Of a stretch of DNA of 64,000 nucleotides, positions 36,531 to 48,534 are shown one piece after another. The stretch comes from Cetorhinus maximus (lineage: Eukaryota), in the NCBI RefSeq assembly GCF_964194155.1, contig NC_135901.1, forward strand, positions 25,792,001-25,856,000, read 5' to 3'. Position numbers and translations under genes: made by a program. Each line of letters opens with the position of its first letter. The stretch's first letter is position 1. A model generated the notes under the pieces. The model ran no database searches, was not told the origin of the DNA, and saw only the letters and a list, made by a program, of their open reading frames with translations.

Positions 36531-38367
36531 TCTGACTTCATTTCACATCTCCAGCATCCTCAATGTTTTGATTTTGTATCAGGATTGATCATTAATTATG
36601 GTGATTATGGGATGGGGTGGTGGGGTGGGGTCGGGTGGGATTTGTTGATGCTGACAATCTCCAAAAAAGCAGGCAGCAATTTCATATTCCGTATATGTGT
36701 CTGTTGAAAAAAATCAATGCATCTGCCTTCGCATTAAACGAGGACAACGTGGGTAACATAGGCATGATGGAGAAGACAAATCTAGCCTGAAGTTGAAAAT
36801 CCGCAGTATTGTTACAGTTCTGGGCACCAGAATTTCAATTGGATATACTCGTCATGGAAGGAGTGCAATGCAGCCTCGCCAGAATGATAGCAGAGCCTCG
36901 GGATTAGTTTGTTTTTTAAGTCCATTCTCAGGATGTGTGTCACTGACAAGGCTGGCATATATTTCCCATCCTTTACTGCCTCTTGAGAAGATGGTGGTGA
37001 GCCGCCACCTTGAACTGCTGCAGTCCATGTGCTGTAGGTTAGAGCTGTTAGGAAGGGGCTCTGAGGATTTTGACCCAGCAACAGTGAACAGACGGTAAAA
37101 TAGTTCCAAGTCAGGATGGTGTGTGGCAGGCGTCGAAATAATTTACTTTTCTTGAGGGCAACTTTTTGAATTTCAGGAGTTACTTTTTGGTTTTCAGGGG
37201 CTCCTCAATTCAAAAGATTTATGTGAGAAAACCATCAGTTCATGAAGCAGCAACTTGCAAACATGCTCTACATCTCCATTAAAGGATATCAAAGAAACGA
37301 GAGACTCAATGTTGAGCAGGCGGCCAGGAGTCCAACAGCCATTAAACAGTTTTCCTTCATTCACCTACCCCCCCCTTCCCCATTCACCTCCTCCAGTGAC
37401 TGATATTAAAGCAAACTCAAGGTCTGGAACATTGGGCTCTTCTGCATCGACTGAATCCTGACTTTTTCCACCCACCAACGCTTTGTTTTTAAGAAGCAAA
37501 GACACACACAACGACAGCCAAAACAGTTTGTATACAGACAGAGACTTCCGTAGCAACAACAGCTGAAGAAAAATCAAAGGGGAGCAGAAAAAAAAACTAG
37601 ATTTCTCCCACAATATTTTTTCACCCTCTGCTCCAAATCTCTAAGCTTTGCTCACAAAATAATTGATTGGACAAATATGAAAGAGGAAGAAAGCCTTTGG
37701 AAAGGATTTAACTTTCCTTTCTCTTTTTGGTTATTGTTGTTCCAGTTGTAGTTTGTAAATGTGAAAGCCAGGCCCAGGAGGAGGGTTTCAGAAGGAAAAA
37801 TAAATATATATTTTAAAAAAGTTGGGATATCATATTAATGAAGAAAATAAGCTGTGTGTGAAATTGAACAATGCTGCCTGTTTCCCAAACTCTGTCTCTC
37901 TCGTCCTGAGAGGCCTCCTTCCCCCGCCAATCCAGCTTCTCCTTCCTCAATCTCCCTCTCTCTTTCCCCCCTCTCACATTCCCTCTCTCTCTCAGACACA
38001 GTCGGAGCCTCTTTACCTGCAATGCATCTGCCACCATCTTGGGCTCCCTCTCTCCTCTTCATCCTCCAATGGCATTGCCGACATCCCAATTCATTTTTTT
38101 TCTTTTATATTGAAATAGGAGGGTTGTTGTAACTGGGAGAGGGGTGGGGAGGGGGCATTTTATAAATAATTTAAATTTTAGAAAAAGAGTCACCGCAGTG
38201 CTCCCTCCCCTATGGCTGTCAGAAAAAGACCCTTTTACCCCCTCAATGTAAAACACACAACCCCAGAGGCTGAGATTGTGTTGACCAATCCCAGCCTCCA
38301 ACCACACAAGGAATCCCAAGGGCAGAACGAAACTGGCTAAAGGTGATTTGTTTGATGGGATCTTTTT

Positions 38368-38472
38368 GTTCTCTGAAAGAGGATCATACGGGCTCGAAAC
38401 GTTGACTGTGTTTCTCTCTCCTCAGATGCTGTCAGACTTGCTGAGTTTTTCCAGCATTCTCTGTTTTCTTCC
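38368..38472 (+). mobile_element. Short PLE hammerhead+tail insertion (diverged)
   Basis: CTGAAAGAGGATCATACGGGCTCGAAACGTTGACT followed by the tail CAGACTTGCTGAGTTTTTCCAGCA. Confidence 0.75.
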
Positions 38473-38739
38473 TGTTCTCTCTTCAGGTGAGTAAACAGGT
38501 ATCCGAGGATGCTGAGGGAAGGTAGGGCTAAAATTGCAGAGGCACTTACCATGATCTTATCAATCCTCCTTAGACACATGGAGTGGTGTCAGAGGACTGG
38601 ATAATTACAAATGTCACATCCTTGTTCAACAAAAGGAGGGTGGAGGAGAAACCCAGCTCCCTGATCATCTGGGACAAAGTTCGATGCTGGCTCAGCTTCT
38701 GCAGCATCTGCAGGAGTTGCCGACGGACCGCCTCCTGTG

Positions 38740-39320
38740 CCAACGTCACAATCGGTCTCCAGCGCACCTGAGCTCCACACAAGGCCCCGCCTCCTTGCAG
38801 TGCCGACATTGATTGGTCGTCCCGTTGCCCCATTGGTCCTCCAGGCTCGCCTCGCTCGCTCTCTATTGGTTGGAGCGCACGTCAGTCATCGCTCAGGCCC
38901 CCCCCCCCCCGGATCATGTGGCGGTCAGGGGCGTCGCCGCTGCACCCACTCGCTCCACTCGGTGTCCTGTTAGCCTCAATCGGACTCTTAGGTTTGTATT
39001 TTATTTGATTTCCACCCCCCTCTCTCTCTCTCTCTCTCCACCCTTACCCCACCTTGTACCTCACTCACTCGGTTTGGGAAAACTCACTTTCCATCGGTGA
39101 TTAGGCCTCAACGGCCGCCTTACAGCGCGCAGGCGCAGTGCTGCCCAGGTTGGTTTGAGCCAACTGAGCATGCGCGGCGCCCGTATGGTGATCCGCATAA
39201 TTAAAGGGACCCTGTCCCTGTGTTCACTTGTGATTAAAAGGGACAGTGACAGTGTGAGAAAGAGATTGATTTCAGTGGAGAGGGAGGAAGCGCGGGTTTT
39301 CAAGCAATCAAAGTAAGAAA
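38740..39320 (+). promoter_or_regulatory. CpG-island promoter and 5' exon(s) of ZNF copy G
   Basis: GC box, three ATTGG, GGTCCTCCA half-module, NRF1-like GCGCAGGCGCA and GCATGCGC. Donor GTAAGA at 39313, acceptor at 39404. Confidence 0.7.
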
Positions 39321-39496
39321 AAAGTAAAGTAAGAAAATTTGATATCCTGAATTTTTCCTGCATTTCTTTTATAAAGTTATTACTGATGTAAACTTGTTTT
39401 ACAGGGAGAGGGTTTACAGATGGGAAACTCAGATCAAACATCGAGTCAATGTGACCGAGTCACGTGATTCAGCAGGACGTGAAGGTCATCGGCAAT

Positions 39497-40258
39497 ATGG
39501 AAGGGGAGAGCAGCGAATACCATGTGGACAAACCTTACACATGTTCCGTGTGTGGACGTGGATTCAACCGAGCGTATGACCTGGGGAGGCACAAATGTAT
39601 CCAAAATAGGGAGAGGCCATGTAAATGTGGGGACTGCGGGAAGGGGTTCAGTTACCCCTCTGAGCTGGAAACTCATCGACGCATTCACACCGGGGAGAGG
39701 CCGTTTACCTGCTCTGTGTGTGGGAAGGGATTTGTTCGATCTTGCAATCTGCGGTCACACCAGCAAGTTCACAGTGAAGAGAGACTGTTCATCTGCTCCA
39801 TGTGTGGGAAGGGATTCACTCGATTTTCCCACCTGCTGAGACACCATAAAGTTCACACTGGGGAGAGACCCTTCACTTGCTCTGTGTGTGGGAGGGGATT
39901 TTCTGATTCATCCGACCTGCTGAAACACCAGCGAGTTCACACAGGTGAGAGACCGTTCACCTGCCCCAAGTGTGGGGAGAGATTCACTCAAATTTCTCAC
40001 CTACTGAGACACCAGCGAACTCATACCAGGGAGAGGCCCTTCAGCTGCTCCGTTTGTGAGAAGAGATTCACTCAAGCGTCCAACCTGCTACGACACCAGC
40101 GAGTTCACACCGGGGAGAGGCCGTTCATCTGCTCTCTGTGCGAAAAGGGATTTGCTGAGTCCTCAACCCTGCTGAGACATCAGCAAGTGCACATGGGAAG
40201 AGATCATTCACCTGCTCCATTTGTGGGAAGGGAATCACTCGATCATCCAACCTGGTGA
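39497..40258 (+). CDS. Tandem C2H2 zinc-finger protein (one atypical plus 7 canonical fingers), no KRAB (copy G)
   Basis: ATG at 39497 ([16 protein letters not shown]...), uninterrupted fingers; a terminal frameshift near 40193 removes a last finger. Confidence 0.85.
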   Translation: MEGESSEYHVDKPYTCSVCGRGFNRAYDLGRHKCIQNRERPCKCGDCGKGFSYPSELETHRRIHTGERPFTCSVCGKGFVRSCNLRSHQQVHSEERLFICSMCGKGFTRFSHLLRHHKVHTGERPFTCSVCGRGFSDSSDLLKHQRVHTGERPFTCPKCGERFTQISHLLRHQRTHTRERPFSCSVCEKRFTQASNLLRHQRVHTGERPFICSLCEKGFAESSTLLRHQQVHMGRDHSPAPFVGRESLDHPTW

Positions 40259-40402
40259 AACACCAGCCAGTTCACACGTGGCTGTACTGCTTTGATTCTG
40301 CTGCTGTTTATCAGATTCAGGAATGAACCTTGTTAATTATGATATTGGGGAAGTGTTGTTGATGTTGCTGCTAACTACAGTAACGGGGCTGGAGGTGACA
40401 GA

Positions 40403-40632
40403 CTTTGCATTTCTATAGCGCCTCTCAAAAGCTCAGGCTGTCTTTGTGCACAGTAAGCCTCCACAAACAGCAATGTGATAATGAGCAGAGATTATCTGTT
40501 TTTAATCAGATTGGTTGAGGGTGAAATATTGTTCTCATCGGGAAGAACCCCCCTGCTCTCCTTCAAATTAATGGCCAATGGATCTTTTACATCTTCCTGA
40601 GAGGGCAAACGGGGCCCTCGGTTTAACATCCC
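40403..40632 (-). mobile_element. DeuSINE (SacSINE1-like) fragment
   Basis: Reverse complement reads GATGTTAAACCGAGGGCCCC...AAAAGATCC...ATTATCACATTGCTGTTTGTGG (Deu domain) plus an L2-type tail. Confidence 0.75.
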
Positions 40633-40789
40633 CATATATCCTTATGCGGTTCAGGGACATTGCTCCTATGAAGTCTTTTGGGATGTTTCTCACTGCGTGA
40701 AAGGAGCTTTATAAATGTGAGATGAATGTGACATTGCAAACATAGATGCACTGGAGCAGATGATGCTTGTATGTGTGTGTGTGTCTGCG

Positions 40790-41715
40790 CTCAATCAGAA
40801 ACTGAGCTCCAGATTATTTTGTCGATTTCTTCTCCAAAGCAGATGAGAAAATGGGCCTTTAATTTAACACTCGGAAAACTCTTCCAAGCAGCTCCCACAG
40901 CAGAGCGCCTCCCTCCCTTCATTAAGATCAATGGTGAAACCCTGGAAAGTGTGGACCATTTTCCACATCTTGGGAGCTTTCTCTTGGCAAAGACAGACAA
41001 AGACAATGTGCCCACTCAGCCATTGCCAGACAGAGGAAAAGAGTATTTGAGGACCAGGATCACAAACCTGAGACTAAGGTCATGGTTTACAGTGATCCCC
41101 GCACTGCCATATGTTTCAGAGACTTGGACAACCGATAAAAGGCACCTCAAGGCACTGGAGAAGTCCCACCAGTGGTGCCAGTGCAAGATCCTCCAAATCC
41201 AATGGTGAGGAAGGCGGACTGCAGCAAGATCCTCTCCCAGGTCAACCTGCCCAGCATCGAGGGGCTAATTGCTCTAAACCAGCTCCGCTGTGCAGGGCAT
41301 GTCATTTGTCTGGCTGACACCAGACTCCCAAAGCAACTGCTCTATTCAGAACTCAGTCACAGCAGGAGACTCTCGGGAGGACAGCAGAAACATTCAGGGA
41401 TGTCCTCAAAGAATCCCTGGAGAGTTCAAACATTCCCGCAGTCTCATGGGAGACCCTGGCTTGTGACTGACCAAAACGGAGGAGACTCATTGGGGAAGGC
41501 ACTGAACATATTGGGAACATGTGGAGGCGAAGTCGAGGCATTGGGGAGTGCACAAACCGCCAGACCGCCCCCATCTATCCAACCCTTCAAGCACCACCTG
41601 CCCCACATCTGGTGGAGTCTCCTGATTGCCCATTGGATTTATTACCCATCTCTGAACCCATTGAACAGAGTGTAAACCAGTCACCTTCAATCCCGAAGGC
41701 CTGCATAAGAAGAGG
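40790..41715 (+). mobile_element. RTE-clade LINE 3' portion
   Basis: 'IKINGETLESVDHFPHLGS', 'PYVSETWT' and 'QLRCAGHVICLADTRLPKQLLYSEL'. Confidence 0.88.
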
Positions 41716-42597
41716 AGAGGGTAAAGCTGACCCAGCTGCTGCTGAGAGCTGACCACATGGGAACCGTCACAGAGCCGGCAGCAAAGAGCAGGAGGTTAGG
41801 GAAAAAAAAGCAGGATGAATGAATCCAATTGCAAAATGTCTAATGGCACATGTGGGAATCTGTCCAGCTTCTGTAAAATAATAATATAGGGAGTGGGGAG
41901 GGAGCACTGTCAGGCTGACCTTAACCATAGGGTGGCATGCCGTGTATCATTCCCATCTCCTGCAACACCCTATAAAATTAATTTGAACCCTCCCCAATAT
42001 TTCTACCTAACCTACCCACACGGACCATGGCCCCCAACTCAGTTGAGGCGCAGTCCATCCATCTACAATTGCTACACTTTGTTGCACCCTTTCCTAGGGC
42101 CGTGGATTCACCCCAGAATCCACTCCGCGCCCCCCCACTGCGCCCGCCTCGTCCCCCCCCCAAGGTGTCCACACCCTCAGCGTCACCTGAAAGCCGCTTT
42201 GAGAGTGCCTCATCACCTACCACTCCCAGAGGATCTCAACCTGCCTCCGCTTACTATTCCAGTGATCTCTCCTTCCCTGCGGGGACGGGAGAGCTTCTGC
42301 CCCCTGGAGCATGTGCTCCAGGAAATCCTCAGCCTTGCTTCCCATAGAGGGTAAGAACATGGCAGATAGAATATAATGTGGATGAGTGTGAGGTTATCCA
42401 CTTTGGTAGGAGGAACATGCAGAGTATTCCTTAAATGGTGAGAGATTGGGAAGTGCTGATGGCCAAAGGGCCCTGGGTGTCCTTGTCCTTGTTCACACAG
42501 CTAACATACAGGTGCAGGAAGCAGTGAGGAAGGCAAATGGTGTATTTGCCTTTATCACAAGGAGATTTGAGTGCAGGAGTAAAGAGGTCTTGCTGCA

Positions 42598-42825
42598 GTT
42601 ATGTAGCTCTTTTCACAGCCTCAGGACATTTCTGTGCTCCATAAGCCTCCACAAACAGCAAGGTGATCATGACCAGAGAGGCATCTGTTTTTAGTGAGAT
42701 TGGTTGAGGGTGGAACATTGGCCTCAACGGGGAGAACTTCCCTGCTCTCCTTCAAAATACTGACTCTGGGATCTTTCACATCTGCCTGAGAGGGCAGATG
42801 GGGCCCTTGGTTTAACATCCTCATA
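42598..42825 (-). mobile_element. DeuSINE fragment (duplicate of 40403-40632)
   Basis: Same SINE segment with the same downstream flank. Confidence 0.7.
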
Positions 42826-43139
42826 TCTTCTTCTGTGGTTCAGGGTCATCACTCTGTGAAGTCCCTTGGGCTGTTTCTCACTACATGAAAGGAGCTTTAT
42901 AAATGTGAGATGAATGCGACATCAGAGACATAGCTGTGCTGGGTAAAACTGAACCAGGTACTGCCTGCAACTGAGAGCTGAACACACGGGGACCATCACA
43001 GAGCCTGGAGCGAAGAGAAAAAGACCCAAAGAAAACCGGGATAAATGAATCTGATTTTAAAATGCCTCATGGCAGGCGGGCAATCTGTCCAGCTTCTGTA
43101 AAATAATAGTACAGAGAGTGGGGAGGGAGCACTACAAAA

Positions 43140-43645
43140 TACACTTTGTATCATCCTCACAACTTACTTTCCTGCTTATCTTTGTACCATTAGCAAATGT
43201 GACTACAATACAGTCAGTCCCTTCACCCAGTCATTGATATAAATTGTAAATAGTTGAGACCCCAGCACTGATCCCTGTGGCTGTCCACTAGTTACAGTTT
43301 GCCAAACTGAAAATGGTCCATTTATCTGCTCCCTGTTAGTTAACTAATGCTCTAACCATGCTAATATATCACTCCCAAAACCATGAGCTCTTGTCTTGTG
43401 CAGCAAGCAGCCTTCTAAGTCGCACCTTATCAAATGTTGTTTGGAAATTCAAATGCACTACATCTACTGGCACCACTTTATCCACCCTATATGTTACATC
43501 CTGAAAGAACACTAATAAATTTGTCAAACATGACTTCGCTTTTATAAAACGATGTTGACTCTGCCTGATTGTATTCGTATTTTCTAAGTGCCCTGATACT
43601 ACCTCCTCAATAACGGATTCTAGCATTTCCCAATGACAGATGTCG
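43140..43645 (-). mobile_element. CR1 LINE RT fragment
   Basis: 'IRQSQHRFIKAKSCLTNLL...LNFQTTFDKV'. Confidence 0.8.
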
Positions 43646-44265
43646 AAGGGATCCTGAAAGTCAAGTCTGTAACATTTTGGATCATGTCTTTGATCAAGCT
43701 TTGAACACTGCTCACGTCTCCTCTCACCCTGCTTCATTCTAATGAAAAGATTCCCAGTTTCTCTTGTTCCTGCTCATGGTAAAGAAAAGTTAGAACTAAG
43801 TTAGAAACTCAAACAGGAGCTTCACAGCGGACAGGTCACCATGAGGAAACATTTCATTTCATAATGACTTTTTCTAATCTGGAATACACTGCCTGAAAGT
43901 TTGATGGGAGAAGATTCAGTAGTAACTTTCAAAAGGCAATTGGAGAAATGCTTGAAGGAAAACATTGACAGGGTCATGGGGAAACAGCAGGGGAATGGGA
44001 CTAATTAGATTGGTCGACCAAAGAGCTGGCAAAGCCACCAAGGGCCGAATGGCCTCTTTTTGTGGTGTAGCCTCTCATCTGTGGCAATGAATCTCTTCAA
44101 TGGCCTTGACATCCTTCCTAGTGTCAGATCTCCAAAACTTGGCTCAATTTGTTAACTGCAGCCTGGTCAATGATTGAGAAGATTATTTTTTAAAATGTAG
44201 GGTAATGTTTTCAAACAGCGTGTAAACATCCACCAGCTTTAAAGAATTCTGTATCTAAACCCCTT

Positions 44266-45000
44266 GTAACATGGCTATGATATACTGAGGTAAGGGCTGT
44301 AATACAATGTGTATTATGGGATAAGGAAGTTTAGTCTGAGTTAGAAACTCAAAAAGCAGGTTCTTCACTGCAGACAGGTCACCATGGAAACACTGAGAAG
44401 ACATTTCATTCCACAGAATCGACTCATTGGAAACTCTAATCAGATCAGGGGAAAGGACAGAGTTTGTCGTTATTAACCAGAATAGAAACTTAAACCAAAG
44501 TGAAGAATAGAATAGGTTACATTATAATATTTGATGTTTATACCTTTAATTGTAAAACTATAAGAAATAATAGAATTAAGAGTAGGCAGGGGAGTTAAGG
44601 GAGAATTAGAAAATTACTGATGAAAAGTAACTGCTGGGATCCAGGGAATATGTCCTTGTAAATCACAGATTAGAGAAATTCCAGCTGGCGTTTCCCCACT
44701 TTCTACCAAAACCCAGCAGAGAAGACAAAAAAGAGTCAGGAGCCAGAGCTAGATCACCACAGGGTATAAAAGTGATGGGGTTCTGATGAAAGAAGGCAGT
44801 CAGGACTGGAGACACCAGAGATCAAGCTCAGGGTGCCTAAGGCTCCATCCAGCAGGCTGACCTCGTGTAAGTAACTGTGGACACATGGGACTTGGATGTT
44901 TACTCCGATTGATGGATCAATGTAAGATACAGCAGAGGACAGAGAATCTGCTCAGTTTGTATTAATGAAGTATTGAAGTTGCTGACATTAGACTTTCAGA
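44266..45000 (+). mobile_element. Probable LTR fragment
   Basis: Begins TGTAACA, has a TATA-like GGTATAAAAG near 44762, and a related piece at 43780-43865. Confidence 0.4.
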
Positions 45001-45121
45001 TCCACTGATTATTAAGACAAGGCGCTAACTTGAATGTTCCACCTCTTTACTGTTCTGATCTTCTACTCTTTTTAAACTATTACCATTCACAAACATCTAG
45101 GAGAATTTTGACAGTTTAGCG

Positions 45122-45380
45122 AGTGTCTGTAAATGTAGGAGAAATGGAGACTGGTCAGGGAGTGTCTGTAAATGGAGGAGAAATGGAGACTGGCCAGGGA
45201 GTTTCTTGTAAATGGAGACTGGTCAGGGAGTGTCTGTAAATGGAGACTGGTCAGGGAGTGTCTGTAAATGGATGAGAAATGGAGGCTGGTCAGGGATCAT
45301 CTGTAAACAGAGGGGAAATTGAGACTGGGCATGGAGCATCTGTAAATAGAAACTGGTCAGGGAGTGTCTGTAAATTGAGA
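45122..45380. repeat. Minisatellite, ~28-37 bp unit GTGTCTGTAAATGGA(GGAGAAATGGA)GACTGGTCAGGGA
   Basis: About 7 diverged tandem copies visible. Confidence 0.85.
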
Positions 45381-46777
45381 AAGGAAGACCGTTTAGAGAA
45401 TGCTGACAAAGGGATGGTAATTGTGATTTTTCAGGTAGTGTCTGTGACTGAACAAGAACTGGTGAGTGGATGGAGTATGTCTGTACAGGAAGGAGAATTG
45501 GTCCCAGGAAGCCCTTGGTTAGTTGTGGGAGACATTGCAGATGGACAGCTTACAGGGAGGAACAGAGTAATAGGACAAAGAGAGAGAGAATGCACATACA
45601 GAAAAAAAAGGAAATAAATGATTTGTAAAGTTGACTGGTGATCGCAAGGTGGGTCAATGAGAAAAGTGATAATAACAAAAGAGACAATCAAGAGAAAGTA
45701 GAGAAATAAAAGACATACAAATCTCCGAGGATGTGAGGACAGGTACAGCAGATGAACTAAGTTGGAGATTGTTAGAGGATATTATGATTTGTTGATGATT
45801 CAATGTTCCATCTACTCCTCATTCAGGAAGGTTCTAGAACTGTTAGGGTCAGATGTCACAGATTTATTCAGTGTATATATTATTTAAACCCACACACTGG
45901 GCAATGGTAGCTGGGGACTTGGCTACAATAAAGTTCCCAGCTCAGTGTTAAGGTTGATCAAATCCTTCAAACCCAAACTCTTGGTACAGTTCACATACCT
46001 CGATGTGTTTGTTTTCACATTATGTTGTGATATCAAAAGGTAACAACTCGCCCACAAGGGAGAAACTACTGAGACTCTCTAACTTTAGAATAACTCGACT
46101 ATTTAAACTGAGTTCTTCAGAAATACATTGTTATCATCCTTGGACTAATGGAATCAGTGTAACTTCCTATTTCATTACCCTATTGCATGTTCCTCTATTG
46201 TCATTTAATTGCTATTCTACAAGTGAAACATTTAATCCTGAGTGTTACAGAGTCAAAGACATTCACTACCCTTGTTGTAAATTCTAACTGGAAATATAGC
46301 GTTTTGCACAATTATCCTCCCTTTATAATTACTTCATAATCTCTCACTGAAAAGTTTCTAATTAATTTTCCAATTGACCAGGTTGTAATGTCATGTTAGA
46401 AGTTGCTGGAGCTGTGAGGGTCAGTCTGTGTTCAAACATTCAGGATCACCATCTTGGTCTGATCATGGAGCTCGACAATTAGAATTACTTGCAGATATTA
46501 CAATATTATAATTTTAAAATCACACTTCCCTCTTTAACAGAGGTTAGAAGTTAAATGAACAATGATGTAAAGACAAATCATTAGTGTTGTTGGATGAGCA
46601 TCAGGTCATTTCAACTCAGTTATAAAAACTGTTGCTCGTAAGATTAACCCTTTCCTTAAAGAACAAAACACCCCGTAGATTCACCCTCCTAATACCTCCA
46701 GACAATGACCCCAGCACTGAACACCTCACCATCAATTCTCAGACTGTCACTGGCCTCATCCCTTCTGGAAGAGAATC

Positions 46778-47120
46778 CAGTCATCGCAGAACTGAACCCA
46801 AACAGAGTCAGTACCTTCAGGAGAGGACAGAGAGGGAAACAGTCACTGTAGAGCTGAACCCAGTCAGAGTCAGCACCTTCAGGGGAGGAGAGAACGAGGA
46901 ACCAGTGAGTGTAAAACTGAACCCAGTCAGAGTCAGCACCTTCAGGGGAGGAGAGAGAGAGGAACCAGTGAGTGTAAAACTGAACGCAGTCAGAGTCAGC
47001 ACCTTCAGGGGAGGAGAGAGAGAGGAACCAGTGAGTGTAAAACTGAACCCAGTCAGAGTCAGCACCTTCAGGGGAGGAGAGAGAGAGGAACAAGTGAGTG
47101 TAAAACTGAACCCAGTCAGT
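46778..47120. repeat. 63-bp minisatellite (~5.5 copies) upstream of ZNF copy H
   Basis: CTGAAC recurs at 46792, 46854, 46917, 46980, 47043 and 47106. Confidence 0.95.
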
Positions 47121-47746
47121 GTCCATACCTTGAGACGAGGGAGAAAAGTTGCCCGGAAGGAAATATGTTGAAGATGGTGTTATGAGTTTGGATTTGAGCA
47201 CAGGGAAGAGAGATGGAACGTGGAATGGGGATTTATAGTTTTGGAGAAGGGAAAAGAGAGTTGTGGTGATCTGCACACGGGCAGGTTCTCTGTTCATTTC
47301 TCTGTGCCTCACAGTCTTGCGCTTTCCTCATCAGTTGCTCATAAGACCCTCCCATTTTCAACTTCAATCAACTCCATGGCTATGGATAAGAATCCATGAG
47401 GTGGCTTCCCATTGCCTTCCTCATATGTGTTTAGAGGAAACACAAGTTCCCTTCCTGAAGGATCCTCCCTCCTCCTGTAAGCAGTTGTTGTCCCTCAAGG
47501 TTCTAGTTCTTTCACCATCACCACTGAAAGTTCACTGGATCCTCCATTGGCCACGGCTCATAACCCTGAGCGTGGGACCCTTACCTGGGCCTGGAGCAAC
47601 TCACAAAATAGCCCCCGGATGTCTTAAATAACCTTATTACCCTAAAGAGAGGAAAGAAAGAGCAAAATGTTCCATAGAAACTAGAATGTTTTTCTGAATT
47701 TCTATCGTGTTCTTACAGTGATGACTTTTGTAAACCCCTTTCACAG

Positions 47747-48534
47747 GGGATTAGAAAGGGTGGGTTTACAGATGGGAAACTCAAACCAAATTTCACCCCA
47801 AGATCTGATTCATCAGGATCTGAATAACATCGGCCTTTAAATATAGAAAAAGAAAACACCAATCGCAATGTGGAGAGATAGCACACATGCTCGCTGTGTG
47901 GACGAGGCTTCAGTCAATCATTTGCTTTTTTAAAGCACAAACTCAGTCACTTCATGCAGAAACATGAATGTGTGGAGCATGAGAAGGGATTTGATTCTCC
48001 ATCGCAGTTGGAAACTCATCGATACAGTCACACTGGGGAAAGACCATTCACCTGCTCCGTGCTTGAGAAGGGATTCACTTAGTCATTCAGCCTGCTGACA
48101 CATCAGCGAATTCACACTGGAGCGAGGCCATTCACCTGCTCCATGTGTGGGAAGGGAATCAAATTTCATCTGGTCTGCAGAAGCATGAGATAATTCACGC
48201 TGACGAGAGACCGTTCCAGTGCTCTGACTGTGGTATGAGATTTAGGGACTCATTCCACCTACAGACACACAAACGCACTCACACTGGGGAGAAGCCATTC
48301 ACCTGCTCCGCGTGTGGGAAGGAATTCAGTCAGTTCACTGACCTGGTGGAACACCAGTCGGTTCACAGGGAAGAGAAACCAGTTAAATGTACCGGGTGTG
48401 GGAAGGGTTTCATTCATTCCTCCTGCTTGATGGTGCATCAGCGAGTTCACACCAGGGAGAAGCCATTCACCTGCTCCATGTGTGGACTTAATCATTCAGC
48501 CACCCTGCTGAAACATCAACTTGCTCACATGTGA
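47747..48534 (+). pseudogene. C2H2 zinc-finger pseudogene (copy H)
   Basis: Acceptor at 47746, family leader, about 8 finger units with TAG stops and deletions, family 3'UTR at 48540-48690. Confidence 0.85.

Noticed and set aside
41900-42350. GC-rich segment with palindrome CCTGGAGCA-TG-TGCTCCAGG as a promoter or ncRNA
   Set aside because: Lacks the family promoter motifs; probably a MITE-like repeat fragment whose ends could not be defined.
46778-47120. 63-bp repeats (and the 45122-45380 repeats) as a CRISPR-like array
   Set aside because: Head-to-tail units with no unique spacers, no cas genes and a eukaryotic context; these are minisatellites.
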